35,705 bases of DNA from an uncultured Verrucomicrobiota bacterium. Lineage in GTDB: Bacteria; Verrucomicrobiota; Verrucomicrobiia; Limisphaerales; UBA9464. A program made the position numbers and the translations under genes. The stretch covers positions 1-35,705 of the forward strand of contig CAIYFP010000518.1 of assembly GCA_903925515.1 (NCBI GenBank), written 5' to 3'. Position 1 is the stretch's first letter. Each line of letters opens with the position of its first letter. Below, one piece after another: positions 18,996 to 28,497 of the stretch. Under the pieces are notes generated by a model. That model saw nothing but the letters and a program-made list of their open reading frames with translations. It made no database searches and was not told the origin of the DNA.

Positions 18996-19856
18996 ATGAA
19001 ACCGCTCCCCATCAACCTCGCGGCACTCGTCCTCTCGGCCCTCCTCGCCGCCGGCCGTGCCCTCGCCCATGGCAACGACTTCGAAATGGTCGTCTCCCTT
19101 ACCCTCGAAATCGCCCAGAACCCCAAGGAACCCGGGCTGCTGCTCGAGCGTGCCGAGGTCTATCGCACCCATGGAGACCTCGAAACCGCACGCCGCGACC
19201 TCGCCACCGCCCTCGAAATCCAGCCAGACTTCCACCCCGCCCGCGTTCGCCTCGCCCTCCTCGCCCGCGACCAAGGCCGGCTCGACGAGTCCCTCCAGCT
19301 CCTCAACGCCGTCGTCCAAGCCCAGCCAGCCCAGCCTCTCGCCCTCTCCGTCCGCTCCGAGGTCCTTCGCCGCCTCAAGCGCCATCCCGAGGCCGTCGCC
19401 GACCTCGACGCCATCCTTGCCATCCCCGGCATCGAGCCCATCCCACAGCTTTACCTCGACAAGGCCCGCTCCCAACTCGAAGCCCCCTCGCCCAACACCA
19501 ACGCCATCCTCGCCGACCTCGACAAGGGAATCGCCCGCATGGGCCCGGTCACCAGCCTCCTCCTCATGGCCCTCGACCTCGAGGAGCAGTCCGGCTGCAT
19601 CGACGCCGCCCTCGCACGACTCGATTCCCTCGCCAAGGACTCGCCCCGCAAGGAACGCTGGCTCGAACGCCGCGGCGACATCCTCGCGCGCGCCGGCCGG
19701 AAACCCGAGGCCATCAAGGCCTTCTCCGACGCCATGGCCGCCATCGATGCACTCCCGGACCGCCAGCGCCTCACCGTGGCCACCACAGAACTCCGTGCCG
19801 CCATCGAGTCCAAGCTCGGCTCGCTCGGGCCCAACCCCAAGCCCGCCCAACCATGA
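18996..19856 (+). CDS. Exported tetratricopeptide-repeat protein
   Basis: Signal peptide ending ALA-HG; helical TPR patterns (LLLERAEVYR, RGDILARAGR..EA..AF). Confidence 0.8.
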   Translation: MKPLPINLAALVLSALLAAGRALAHGNDFEMVVSLTLEIAQNPKEPGLLLERAEVYRTHGDLETARRDLATALEIQPDFHPARVRLALLARDQGRLDESLQLLNAVVQAQPAQPLALSVRSEVLRRLKRHPEAVADLDAILAIPGIEPIPQLYLDKARSQLEAPSPNTNAILADLDKGIARMGPVTSLLLMALDLEEQSGCIDAALARLDSLAKDSPRKERWLERRGDILARAGRKPEAIKAFSDAMAAIDALPDRQRLTVATTELRAAIESKLGSLGPNPKPAQP

Positions 19857-21166
19857 AGACCCTCCCCCGCCTGCTCCGCGTCGCCGCCATCGGCGCCATC
19901 GCCCACGCCACCACCCTCGCCCAGCAACCCAAGCTCACCCGGGGCCCTTACCTCCAGCTCCCCACCCCGAAGTCCATGGCCATCCGCTGGAGGACAGACC
20001 GCGAGACCAAGGGCCTCGTCCGCTGGGGCCTCTCCCCCGAGTCCGCCACCCACCGCGCCTCCCACAAGGGCATCCTCTCCGACCACGTCGTCCAGCTCGA
20101 CGGCCTCAGGCCCGGCACCCGCTACTACTACGTCGTCGGCTCCGAGACCAACCGATGGCTTACCCAGCCCGGCGCCGCCTTCTCCTTCATCACGCCCCCA
20201 GACCACGGCGCCGTCCAACCCGTCCGCGTCTGGGCCGTCGGCGACGCCGGCACCGCCACCACCAACCAAGTCAACGTCCGCAAGGCCTTCGAGTCATGGC
20301 ACGCCAAGCAACCCGCCGACCTCTGGCTCATGCTCGGCGACAACGCCTACTCCACCGGCACCGACCGCCAGTACCAACGCGCCGTCTTCGACATCTACAC
20401 CGACATCCTCCGCACCGTCCCCGTCTGGCCCACCCTCGGCAACCACGACGCCTACTCCGCCGACTCCTCCACCCAGTCCGGCGTCTATTACGACGTCTTC
20501 TCCCTCCCGTCCCGCGCCCAATGCGGCGGCCTCATCTCCGGCACCGAGGCCTACTACTCCTTCGACTTCGCCAACATCCACTTCGTGTGCCTCGACTCCC
20601 ATGACTCCGACCGCAGCAAGGGCGGGGCCATGGCCGAATGGCTGCGCGCCGACCTCGCCGGCAACTCACGCGACTGGATCATCGCCTTCTTCCATCACCC
20701 GCCCTACACCAAGGGCTCCCACGACTCCGACAAGCCCTCGGACTCCGGCGGCCGCCTCGTCGAGATGCGCGAGAACATCCTCCCCATCCTCGAGGCCGGC
20801 GGCGTGGACCTCGTCCTCACCGGCCACTCCCACTCCTACGAACGCTCCTTCCTCGTCAATGGCCACTACGGCTACTCCACCAACCTCGCCCCCTCCATGA
20901 TCCTCGACCGGGGCTCCGGCCGAATCGACATGGACGGCCCCTACAAGAAGGACGCCGGGAACGCACCCCACCAAGGCACCGTGTACCTCTGCGCCGGCTC
21001 CTCCGGCCAAGTCTCCGGCGGAAAGCTCAACCACCCCGTCAACTGGGTCTCCCTCAACAAGCTCGGCTCCCTCCTCCTCGACTTCGACGGCCCACGCCTC
21101 GACGTCCGCTTCCTCGGCGACCGCGCCCAGGTCCGCGACTACTTCACCCTCCTCAAGAAGCCGTAG
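19853..21166 (+). CDS. Secreted purple-acid-phosphatase-type metallophosphoesterase (FN3-like N-domain)
   Basis: RGPYLQ, GLRPGTRYYY, then metal motifs GDAG, LGDNAY, LGNHD, HHPPY and GHSHSYER. ATGA overlap with the TPR gene. Confidence 0.9.
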   Translation: MKTLPRLLRVAAIGAIAHATTLAQQPKLTRGPYLQLPTPKSMAIRWRTDRETKGLVRWGLSPESATHRASHKGILSDHVVQLDGLRPGTRYYYVVGSETNRWLTQPGAAFSFITPPDHGAVQPVRVWAVGDAGTATTNQVNVRKAFESWHAKQPADLWLMLGDNAYSTGTDRQYQRAVFDIYTDILRTVPVWPTLGNHDAYSADSSTQSGVYYDVFSLPSRAQCGGLISGTEAYYSFDFANIHFVCLDSHDSDRSKGGAMAEWLRADLAGNSRDWIIAFFHHPPYTKGSHDSDKPSDSGGRLVEMRENILPILEAGGVDLVLTGHSHSYERSFLVNGHYGYSTNLAPSMILDRGSGRIDMDGPYKKDAGNAPHQGTVYLCAGSSGQVSGGKLNHPVNWVSLNKLGSLLLDFDGPRLDVRFLGDRAQVRDYFTLLKKP

Positions 21167-21194
21167 CTCGCCCCGCCCTCGCCACCCGCCATCC

Positions 21195-22421
21195 ATGAAG
21201 TCCCTCGCCTCCATCATCGACTCCACCCTCGTCGATGACGTCCACACCCACCTCTATGACCCCGCCTTCGGCTCCCTCCTCCTCTCGGGCATCGACGACC
21301 TCCTCGTCTATCACTACCTCGTCAGCGAGGCCTCAAGGCAGATGGACGTCCCCCTCGACGCCTTCTGGGCCGCCTCCAAGCAACAGCAGGCCGACTGGGT
21401 CTGGCGCGCGCTCTTCGTCCAGCATTCCCCCGTCTCCGAGGCCTGCCGCGGCGTCGTCACCGTCCTCAACGCCCTCGGCATCGAGCCCCGCTCCCGCGAC
21501 CTCCCCGCCCTCCGCCAATGGTTCGCCGCCCAGCAACCCTCCTCACACCTCGACCGCGTCCTCGAACTCGCGGGCGTTCGCTCCGTCTGCATGACCAACT
21601 CGCCCTTCGACGACGAGGAACGTCCCCTCTGGGAGCAGGGCTTCCCACGCGACCCCCGCTTCCGCGCCGCCCTCCGCATCGACCCCCTCCTCATGGACTG
21701 GCAGCGATCCGCCCCGCGCCTTCGCTCGTGGGGCTATGACGTCGGCCCCGAACGCTCCCCGCGTACCGCCTCCGAGGTCCGCAGGCTCCTCGCCGACTGG
21801 ACCCGCCGCATCGACTCCCGCTACTGCATGGTCTCGTTGCCGCCGGACTTCGCATGGCCAGCCAACACGGACGCCGCATGGCTCATCGAGCATGCCGTCC
21901 TCCCCCACGGTCGGGACCACGGCCAGCCCCTCGCCCTCATGCTCGGCGTCAAGCGGGGCGTCAACCCCGCACTCCGCCTCGCCGGCGACGGCGTCGGGCG
22001 CAGCCGCCTCGATGCCCTCGAAAACCTCTGCGCGGCCAACCCTTCCAACCGCTTCCTCGTCACGCTCCTCAGCCGCGAGGTCCAACACGAGGCCGTCGTC
22101 ATCGCCCGCAAGTTCCCAAACCTCCACCTCTTCGGCTGCTGGTGGTTCACCAACACCCCCCAGCTCATCGACGAGATCACCCGGATGCGTCTCGAGCTCC
22201 TCGGCACCTCCTTCACCCCGCAGCACAGCGACGCCCGCGTCCTCGAACACCTCATCTACAAGTGGCGCCACACCCGGGAGTGCCTCATCCCCGTCCTGGC
22301 CACGCGGTACGCCGACCTCGCAGCCAGCGGATGGACCGTCACCGAGCACGAGATGCGCCGCGACGTCGCCCACCTCCTCGGCGGAGCCTTTGACCGCTTC
22401 GTCTCCGGCGCCAGCCGCTGA
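21195..22421 (+). CDS. Uronate (glucuronate) isomerase, amidohydrolase superfamily
   Basis: Motifs DVHTHL, YHYL, SEACRG, MTN.PFD, GCWWF and PQHSDARVL, as in Bh0493-type uronate isomerases. Confidence 0.85.
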   Translation: MKSLASIIDSTLVDDVHTHLYDPAFGSLLLSGIDDLLVYHYLVSEASRQMDVPLDAFWAASKQQQADWVWRALFVQHSPVSEACRGVVTVLNALGIEPRSRDLPALRQWFAAQQPSSHLDRVLELAGVRSVCMTNSPFDDEERPLWEQGFPRDPRFRAALRIDPLLMDWQRSAPRLRSWGYDVGPERSPRTASEVRRLLADWTRRIDSRYCMVSLPPDFAWPANTDAAWLIEHAVLPHGRDHGQPLALMLGVKRGVNPALRLAGDGVGRSRLDALENLCAANPSNRFLVTLLSREVQHEAVVIARKFPNLHLFGCWWFTNTPQLIDEITRMRLELLGTSFTPQHSDARVLEHLIYKWRHTRECLIPVLATRYADLAASGWTVTEHEMRRDVAHLLGGAFDRFVSGASR

Positions 22422-22565
22422 ATCCTCACCAACTCCTCACCAACCCGGCAGGAATCAAGGCCGCAAGCCGCCCCACCGCACGCCCCGCCCGTCTCCCCAC
22501 CCCGCGGGCTTCCGCCCCGGCGATGCCCCTTGCACCCCGGGCTGCGCCCGCCCAATCCTCGTCCC

Positions 22566-23465
22566 ATGCGCCTCCCGTCCTTCGTCGCCGCATTGCTCGT
22601 CGCGTCCATCCACGTGCTCCTCGCCGAGGATTCGCCCCTCGTGGCTCCGGGCGCCAAGCTTGCCAAGCTTTCCGACGGCTACCTCTTCACCGAGGGCCCC
22701 GCCGCCGACCGCGACGGCAACATCTTCTTCACCGACCAACCCAACGACCGCATCGTACGATGGGATGCCTCCACCGGCACGTTCTCCGACTGGCTCAAGC
22801 CCGCCGGCCGTTCCAATGGCATGTTCTTTGACCCCGACGGCAACCTCGTCGCCTGCGCCGACAGCAAGAACGAGCTCTGGTCGATCGCCCCCGACAAGAC
22901 GGTCACCGTGCTCGTCCGGGACTTCGGCGGGAAGCTCCTCAACGGCCCGAACGACGTCTGGGTTCGACCCGGGGGTGGGCTGTACTTCACCGACCCCTTC
23001 TACAAGCGCCCCTACTGGAACCGGGGCCCTGCCGAGCAAGGCGGCCAACACGTCTATCTCCTCCCGTCCATCTCCTCCAACGCCACCCCCCGCCGTGTCG
23101 CCGACGACCTCAAGCAACCCAATGGCATCGTCGGAACGCCGGACGGCAAGTCGCTCTACGTCGCCGACATCGGAGCCAGCAAGACTTACCGCTATGCCAT
23201 CCAGCCCGACGGTTCCCTCGCTTCCAAGACCCTCTTCTGCGAGATGGGCTCCGATGGCATGACCCTCGACTCCCACGGCAACGTCTATCTCACCGGCAAG
23301 GGCGTCACCGTGTTCAACCCGGCCGGCCAAAAGGTTGCCCACGTGGACGTGCCCGAGCCATGGACCGCCAACGTCCGCTTCGGTGGCAAGGACCGCGACC
23401 TCCTCTTCATCACCGCCAGCAAGGCCGTCTATGGCATCCGCATGAGCACCCGCGGCGTTCGCTAG
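22566..23465 (+). CDS. SMP-30/gluconolactonase family protein, exported
   Basis: Signal peptide; motifs FTEGPA, FTDQPND, SNG, NGPND, YFTDP, PNGI and SDGMTLD. Upstream TTGCAC-N18-AATCCT lies 6 nt before the ATG. Confidence 0.9.
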   Translation: MRLPSFVAALLVASIHVLLAEDSPLVAPGAKLAKLSDGYLFTEGPAADRDGNIFFTDQPNDRIVRWDASTGTFSDWLKPAGRSNGMFFDPDGNLVACADSKNELWSIAPDKTVTVLVRDFGGKLLNGPNDVWVRPGGGLYFTDPFYKRPYWNRGPAEQGGQHVYLLPSISSNATPRRVADDLKQPNGIVGTPDGKSLYVADIGASKTYRYAIQPDGSLASKTLFCEMGSDGMTLDSHGNVYLTGKGVTVFNPAGQKVAHVDVPEPWTANVRFGGKDRDLLFITASKAVYGIRMSTRGVR

Positions 23466-23577
23466 GCCCTTACCCCGTCACGCCTTGCATTTGCGCCTTG
23501 AATCTCAGTACCCCAACCGAAGCATTCCCCTGCCATCCCCGTCGCACGGCATGGCTTCCTTCCATCGTCGCAACGCC

Positions 23578-25764
23578 ATGATCCCGCACGCATCGCCCAC
23601 CCGTTTCCCACGGTGGCTCCTCATGGCCCTCGCCATGCTCGCCGCGCTGCCGTCCATGGCGAAGATCCAGTTCGACGTCTTTCCCGGCCATGACGCCGTC
23701 GCGCGCGCCGGCGGCTGGTTCCCCGTCATGGTCGAGGTCTTCAACGACGGCCCGGGCTTCGACGCCGTCGTCGAGATCGGCCAAGCCCAGATCGGCGGCA
23801 CCCCCCAGCGCATGGCCGTCGAGTTGCCCTCCAACACCCGAAAACGCCTTCTCTTCAATTGCTTCTCCAGCTCCCACGGCAACCTCGCGATCGACGCAAG
23901 GCTCCTCGACAAGGCCGGGAAGGTCCGCGCGGAAAACCTCGGACAGCGCCTCGCCCAGGTTCAATGGGAGAACTTCATCATGGGCGCCGCGCCCCAGTCC
24001 TACGCCGGCATGCCCTCCTTCCCCGAGATCGACGGCAGGGCCACGGACTTCCAACCCCGCGTCACCCGCCTCTCCATCGGCCAAGGCCTCGAAACCTTCC
24101 CCGACAACCCCATCACCCTCGAGTCCCTCAACGCCATCTACCTCAACTCCAGCCGCGCCATCGAACTCAAGGAACCCCAGGCCGACGCCCTCCTCGCATG
24201 GGTCCATGCCGGGGGCCACCTCGTCGTCGCCGTGGACCAACCCGGCGACGTCTCGGCCACCCCATGGCTCCGCGACGTCCTCCCCGTCACCGTCCAAGGC
24301 TCCGCCAATGCCGCGGTCGGGGCCGCCGTCGCAGCATGGCTCAATCAACCCGACTCCCGGCCCGGCTCCGGCACGCTCTCCTTTGCCTTGCAGCCCCCAC
24401 CCAAGGGCCAGCAAGGATCCCCCGCCGCCGAGCTCTCCCCCTTCGCAACCCTCAAGCTCGACCTCGCCATCAAGTCCTCCGCCCAAGTCCCCGTGGCCGG
24501 CTTCGCCCCAAGGCAGGGCCAGCCCCTCGTGTCCGTCGAAAGCAAGCCCGTCCTCGTCTCAGGCCCCAAGGGCCGCGGCCTCGTCACCGCCATCGCCTTC
24601 AACCCCGAACGCGAGCCCTTCAAGTCATGGAAGGACAAGGGCTGGTTCTGGGCCAAGGTCGCCGGCATCCCGGACACCCTCCTCCGCAAGACCGACGTCC
24701 ATGTCTGGGGCGGCCGCGCCATCGACGCCGTCTTCGGCGCCATGATCGAGACCCGCCAGGTCCGCAAGCTCCCCGTCGGCGTCCTCCTCCTCCTGCTCCT
24801 CGTCTATCTCCTTGTCATCGGCCCCATCGACCGTTGGTGGCTCAAGAAAATCAATCGCCCCATGCTCACATGGGTCACCTTCCCGGCCTATGTCCTCCTC
24901 TTCTCCGTCCTCATCTACTACATCGGCTTCCGACTCCGCGCCGGGAACAGCGAATGGACCGAGCTGCACGTCGTGGACATCTACCCCCGTTCCGGCGACG
25001 CCCTCCTCCGCGGTCGCACCTTCGCCTCCGTCTATTCCCCCGCCAACAACACCTATCCCGTCGCCATCAAGGCCGACGCCGCCCACTTCAGGACCGAGTT
25101 CCTCGGCGTCGCCGGCAACGCCGCCATGGGCAACCGCACCCGCGTCCGCGTCGATCCCAAGGGCTTCGACGCCGACCTCGACGTCCCCGTCTGGACCTCC
25201 ATGCTCGCCGTGGGCGACTGGGTCGCGTCCGCCCAGCCCCCGGTCGAGGCTCGCCTCGACGGCCCAACACTCGTCCTCGCCAATCGTCGTGACGCCCCCC
25301 TCACCAACATCGTCGTCGTCCACGACCAAAAGGCCCTCACGATCCCATCCCTCCCCGGCGGCGAAACACTCCGCATCGACCTCGCCACCTCCAACCCCCA
25401 GGACGTCTCCATCCCCTTGGCGGACCTCACCCGCGACTGGTCCGCCACCTTCAACACCGTCGCCAATGCCCGCGGCGACGTCTTTGGCGGGCAAGGCCAG
25501 GAACACATCGACAACTGGCCCGGCGCATCCGTCGCCGCCAGCCTCACCCAACGCGTCTCCGGCAACGACGACGGCCAGCGCCACTTCGTCTGGCCCCCGG
25601 GCTTCGACCTCTCCCCCATGGCCGTGCGCGGCGACATCCTCGTCATGGCCTTCGCTCGCAACGACAGCGTCCTCCCCGGCGTCAACCGCTTCGCCGCCTT
25701 CCAGCAATCGCGTCACACCCTCTACCGCCTCGTCCTCAACCGCGCTCGCAAAACGCGCCCCTGA
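23578..25764 (+). CDS. Large membrane-anchored extracytoplasmic protein, probable ABC-system accessory subunit
   Basis: Signal peptide, a GATase-like segment (ADALLAWVHAGGHLVV), a two-TM hairpin (LLLLLLVYLLVIGP...TWVTFPAYVLLFS) and a C-terminal soluble domain. The start could be 23551. Confidence 0.75.
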   Translation: MIPHASPTRFPRWLLMALAMLAALPSMAKIQFDVFPGHDAVARAGGWFPVMVEVFNDGPGFDAVVEIGQAQIGGTPQRMAVELPSNTRKRLLFNCFSSSHGNLAIDARLLDKAGKVRAENLGQRLAQVQWENFIMGAAPQSYAGMPSFPEIDGRATDFQPRVTRLSIGQGLETFPDNPITLESLNAIYLNSSRAIELKEPQADALLAWVHAGGHLVVAVDQPGDVSATPWLRDVLPVTVQGSANAAVGAAVAAWLNQPDSRPGSGTLSFALQPPPKGQQGSPAAELSPFATLKLDLAIKSSAQVPVAGFAPRQGQPLVSVESKPVLVSGPKGRGLVTAIAFNPEREPFKSWKDKGWFWAKVAGIPDTLLRKTDVHVWGGRAIDAVFGAMIETRQVRKLPVGVLLLLLLVYLLVIGPIDRWWLKKINRPMLTWVTFPAYVLLFSVLIYYIGFRLRAGNSEWTELHVVDIYPRSGDALLRGRTFASVYSPANNTYPVAIKADAAHFRTEFLGVAGNAAMGNRTRVRVDPKGFDADLDVPVWTSMLAVGDWVASAQPPVEARLDGPTLVLANRRDAPLTNIVVVHDQKALTIPSLPGGETLRIDLATSNPQDVSIPLADLTRDWSATFNTVANARGDVFGGQGQEHIDNWPGASVAASLTQRVSGNDDGQRHFVWPPGFDLSPMAVRGDILVMAFARNDSVLPGVNRFAAFQQSRHTLYRLVLNRARKTRP

Positions 25765-25771
25765 CACGACC

Positions 25772-26758
25772 ATGAACGACAACCCCCTTCGCTTGAACGA
25801 GCAGGCCCCGTCCGCCGCCCCGCCCATCCCCGCCGTCCAAACCCACGCCCTGAGCCGTGCCTACGGCTCCATGACCGCACTCTCCAACCTCGACCTCACC
25901 GTCCATCGCGCCGACCTGTTCGGCTTCATCGGGTCCAACGGCGCCGGCAAAACCACCACCCTCCGCATCCTCGCCACCTTCCTCACCCCCTCCAGCGGAC
26001 GCGCCGAGGTCCTCGGCCATGACGTCGTCCGCGACGCCGACCGCGTCCGCCACCTCATTGGCTACATGCCCGACTTCTTCGGCGTGTACAAGGACATGGA
26101 GGTCACCGAGTACCTCGACTTCTTCGGCGCCTGCTACAAGATCCCGGCTGCCGTCCGCGAAAAAACCGTCGCCGACGTCCTCGAGCTCGTCGGCCTCACC
26201 GAGAAACGCGGCGCACTCATCGGCGCCCTTTCCCGCGGCATGCAGCAACGGCTCGGCCTTGCTCGCGTCCTCATTCACGACCCCCAGCTCCTCCTCCTCG
26301 ACGAGCCCGCCTCCGGCCTCGACCCCCGCGCGCGCATCGAGATGATGGCCATCCTCCAGGAGCTCCAGCGCATGGGGAAAACCATCATCATCTCCTCCCA
26401 CATCCTCTCGGAGCTCCAAACCCTCTGCAATCGCTGCGCCATCATCGAGAAGGGCCGCCTCATCTACTCCGGGCCCGTCCAGGGCGTCCGCGCCGACTCC
26501 CAGGTCGGCCGCGTCTTCCGCGCCCGCGTCTCCACCGACCCCGGCCGCGCCCTCGAACTCCTCCGCGCCCGCCCCGAGGTCATCGAGGCCCACGAGGAGG
26601 ACGGCCGCCTCCGCGTCACCGTGCGCGACGACCACGCCGACGCCGGCCTCGTCGCGGAAACCCTCGTGCGGGGCGGCGCACGCCTCGTCGAGCTCCGCGA
26701 GGAGGAACTCGGCCTTGAGGAGGTCTTCCTGCGCGTCACCAAGGGCGAGACCCAGTAA
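25772..26758 (+). CDS. ABC transporter ATP-binding protein (DRI/CcmA-like exporter type)
   Basis: Walker A GSNGAGKTT, signature LSRGMQQR, Walker B LLLLDEP, SSHIL and a C-terminal LEEVFL. Confidence 0.95.
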   Translation: MNDNPLRLNEQAPSAAPPIPAVQTHALSRAYGSMTALSNLDLTVHRADLFGFIGSNGAGKTTTLRILATFLTPSSGRAEVLGHDVVRDADRVRHLIGYMPDFFGVYKDMEVTEYLDFFGACYKIPAAVREKTVADVLELVGLTEKRGALIGALSRGMQQRLGLARVLIHDPQLLLLDEPASGLDPRARIEMMAILQELQRMGKTIIISSHILSELQTLCNRCAIIEKGRLIYSGPVQGVRADSQVGRVFRARVSTDPGRALELLRARPEVIEAHEEDGRLRVTVRDDHADAGLVAETLVRGGARLVELREEELGLEEVFLRVTKGETQ

Positions 26759-26810
26759 CGCCCCGACCACGCTCCCCTTCGCTCGCCCCAACCCCTCGCC
26801 GGGCGCACCC

Positions 26811-28472
26811 ATGACCCTCCTGCCCGTCGCCCATCGCGAACTCCTCGTCGAGGCCCGCAACGGCGCCGGCGCATGGTCCCGGTTCCTCGCCGCCCTCGGC
26901 GGCATCGCCCTCTTCGGCCTCCTTTGGCTGCCCACGCAGTCCAACCCGCAGGTCGTCTCCGAGATCCTCTTCCTCACCATGGCATGCCTCCTCCTTGCCT
27001 ACGCCCTCTTCGCCGGCGCCCTCCATACCGCCGACGCCATCGGACGCGAAAAACGGAACGGCACCCTCGGCCTCCTCTTCCTCACCGACCTCTCCGCACT
27101 CGACATCATCGCGGGCAAGCTCGCCGCCACCGCCACCCGCTCCGTCTATGGTGTCCTCGCCCTCGTCCCGGTCCTTGCCCTCCCCACCATCCTGGGCGGC
27201 GTCTCCGGCGATCAGGTCGCCCGTGCCGTCCTCGCCATCCTCGTCACCCTCCTGCTCTCCCTCTCCGTCGGCCTGCTCGCCTCCATCCTCGCACGCGACT
27301 TCAGGTCTGCCGTCACCGCCTCCCTCCTCTCCATGGCCATCCTCGGCGTCGGCATCGACGCCGCCTCGTGGGTCGTGTCCATCCGCACCTCCACGTCCCC
27401 AGACGCCGTCCGCCAATGGAGCCCGATCGCGATGTTCCGCTGGTCGATGGCCGACCCACGCCGCCATCCCGGGTCCAACGCCTTGTTCCACAAGGCATGG
27501 CGCCATCAAGCCGCGCTCGCCGCCGCCACCCTCGCCGCCGCCGCAATCCTCGTCCGGCGCCAGCGCCTCGGCTGGATTGAATCCTCCGCCGCCCTGCCCA
27601 TGCCACGCCCAACCCATGGCCCCGGACCCGTCGGCTGGCGCCACGTCGAATGGGAACACCTCATGACCCGTAACCCCTACGCGTGGCTGCAACGCGTCGC
27701 CCGTCCCATCCCCCGCACCTTCCTCCTCGCCTTTGCCATCGTGTCCTCCCTCTGCGTCGTCTCCGCCGCCGTCGCACTCGCCAATCCCGGCACCACCCTC
27801 CAGCTCAACGCCTTCGCCCTCGCCCTCATCCTCGTCGCCGCCCTTCACGTGGGCCTCAAACTCCAGCTCATCCTCGCTGCAACCCGGGGCATCAACGAGG
27901 ACCGCGACACCGGCGCCCTCGAGTTGCTCGTCGTCTCAGGCATCGGCCCAGCCCTCGTCCAGAAGGGCCATCGCGACGCCCTCGTCCTCCAGTACCGCTG
28001 GCTCATCATGGCCGTCTATGCCGCCCAGTTCGTCATGGCCGCCGTCGTCTCCAGCAAGGGACTCCCCGTCGGCGCCGAGGCCGTCGTCATCATCCTGGTC
28101 GTCGGCGCCGCCTTCCTCTGGCTTGACGCCGACTCCATCATCCGCGTCGGCCTCCGCCATGGCCTCAAGGAACCCGATCCTCAGTCCGCATTCCGCCAGA
28201 CATTCCTCCGCGTCCTTCTCCCGGGCTGGGTCGCCGTTCTTCCCATCGCCGTCGCACTCGTCTCCGGCGCGTCGCCCGCCACCCTCGCCCTCACCGGCCT
28301 CGCATGGCTCGCTGTCTCGGCCTACGCCCTCCTGCGCGCCCGCAAACGCGCCCGCATCGACATCGACCACGGCTTCATGGCCCTCGCCGCCGAGCTCCCC
28401 TTCGACACCGACGACTGGGAGGTCCGCGACGACTTCCGGCGCGCCGCCAGCGCCCAATACCAAAGGCCCTGA
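26811..28472 (+). CDS. ABC-2-type permease with internally duplicated membrane domain
   Basis: Many TM segments; two copies of the ABC-2 loop motif (IGREKRNGTLGLLFLT and INEDRDTGALELLVVS). Confidence 0.85.
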   Translation: MTLLPVAHRELLVEARNGAGAWSRFLAALGGIALFGLLWLPTQSNPQVVSEILFLTMACLLLAYALFAGALHTADAIGREKRNGTLGLLFLTDLSALDIIAGKLAATATRSVYGVLALVPVLALPTILGGVSGDQVARAVLAILVTLLLSLSVGLLASILARDFRSAVTASLLSMAILGVGIDAASWVVSIRTSTSPDAVRQWSPIAMFRWSMADPRRHPGSNALFHKAWRHQAALAAATLAAAAILVRRQRLGWIESSAALPMPRPTHGPGPVGWRHVEWEHLMTRNPYAWLQRVARPIPRTFLLAFAIVSSLCVVSAAVALANPGTTLQLNAFALALILVAALHVGLKLQLILAATRGINEDRDTGALELLVVSGIGPALVQKGHRDALVLQYRWLIMAVYAAQFVMAAVVSSKGLPVGAEAVVIILVVGAAFLWLDADSIIRVGLRHGLKEPDPQSAFRQTFLRVLLPGWVAVLPIAVALVSGASPATLALTGLAWLAVSAYALLRARKRARIDIDHGFMALAAELPFDTDDWEVRDDFRRAASAQYQRP

Positions 28473-28497
28473 CCGCGGAGCCTCGCCCCGGTCGCCG

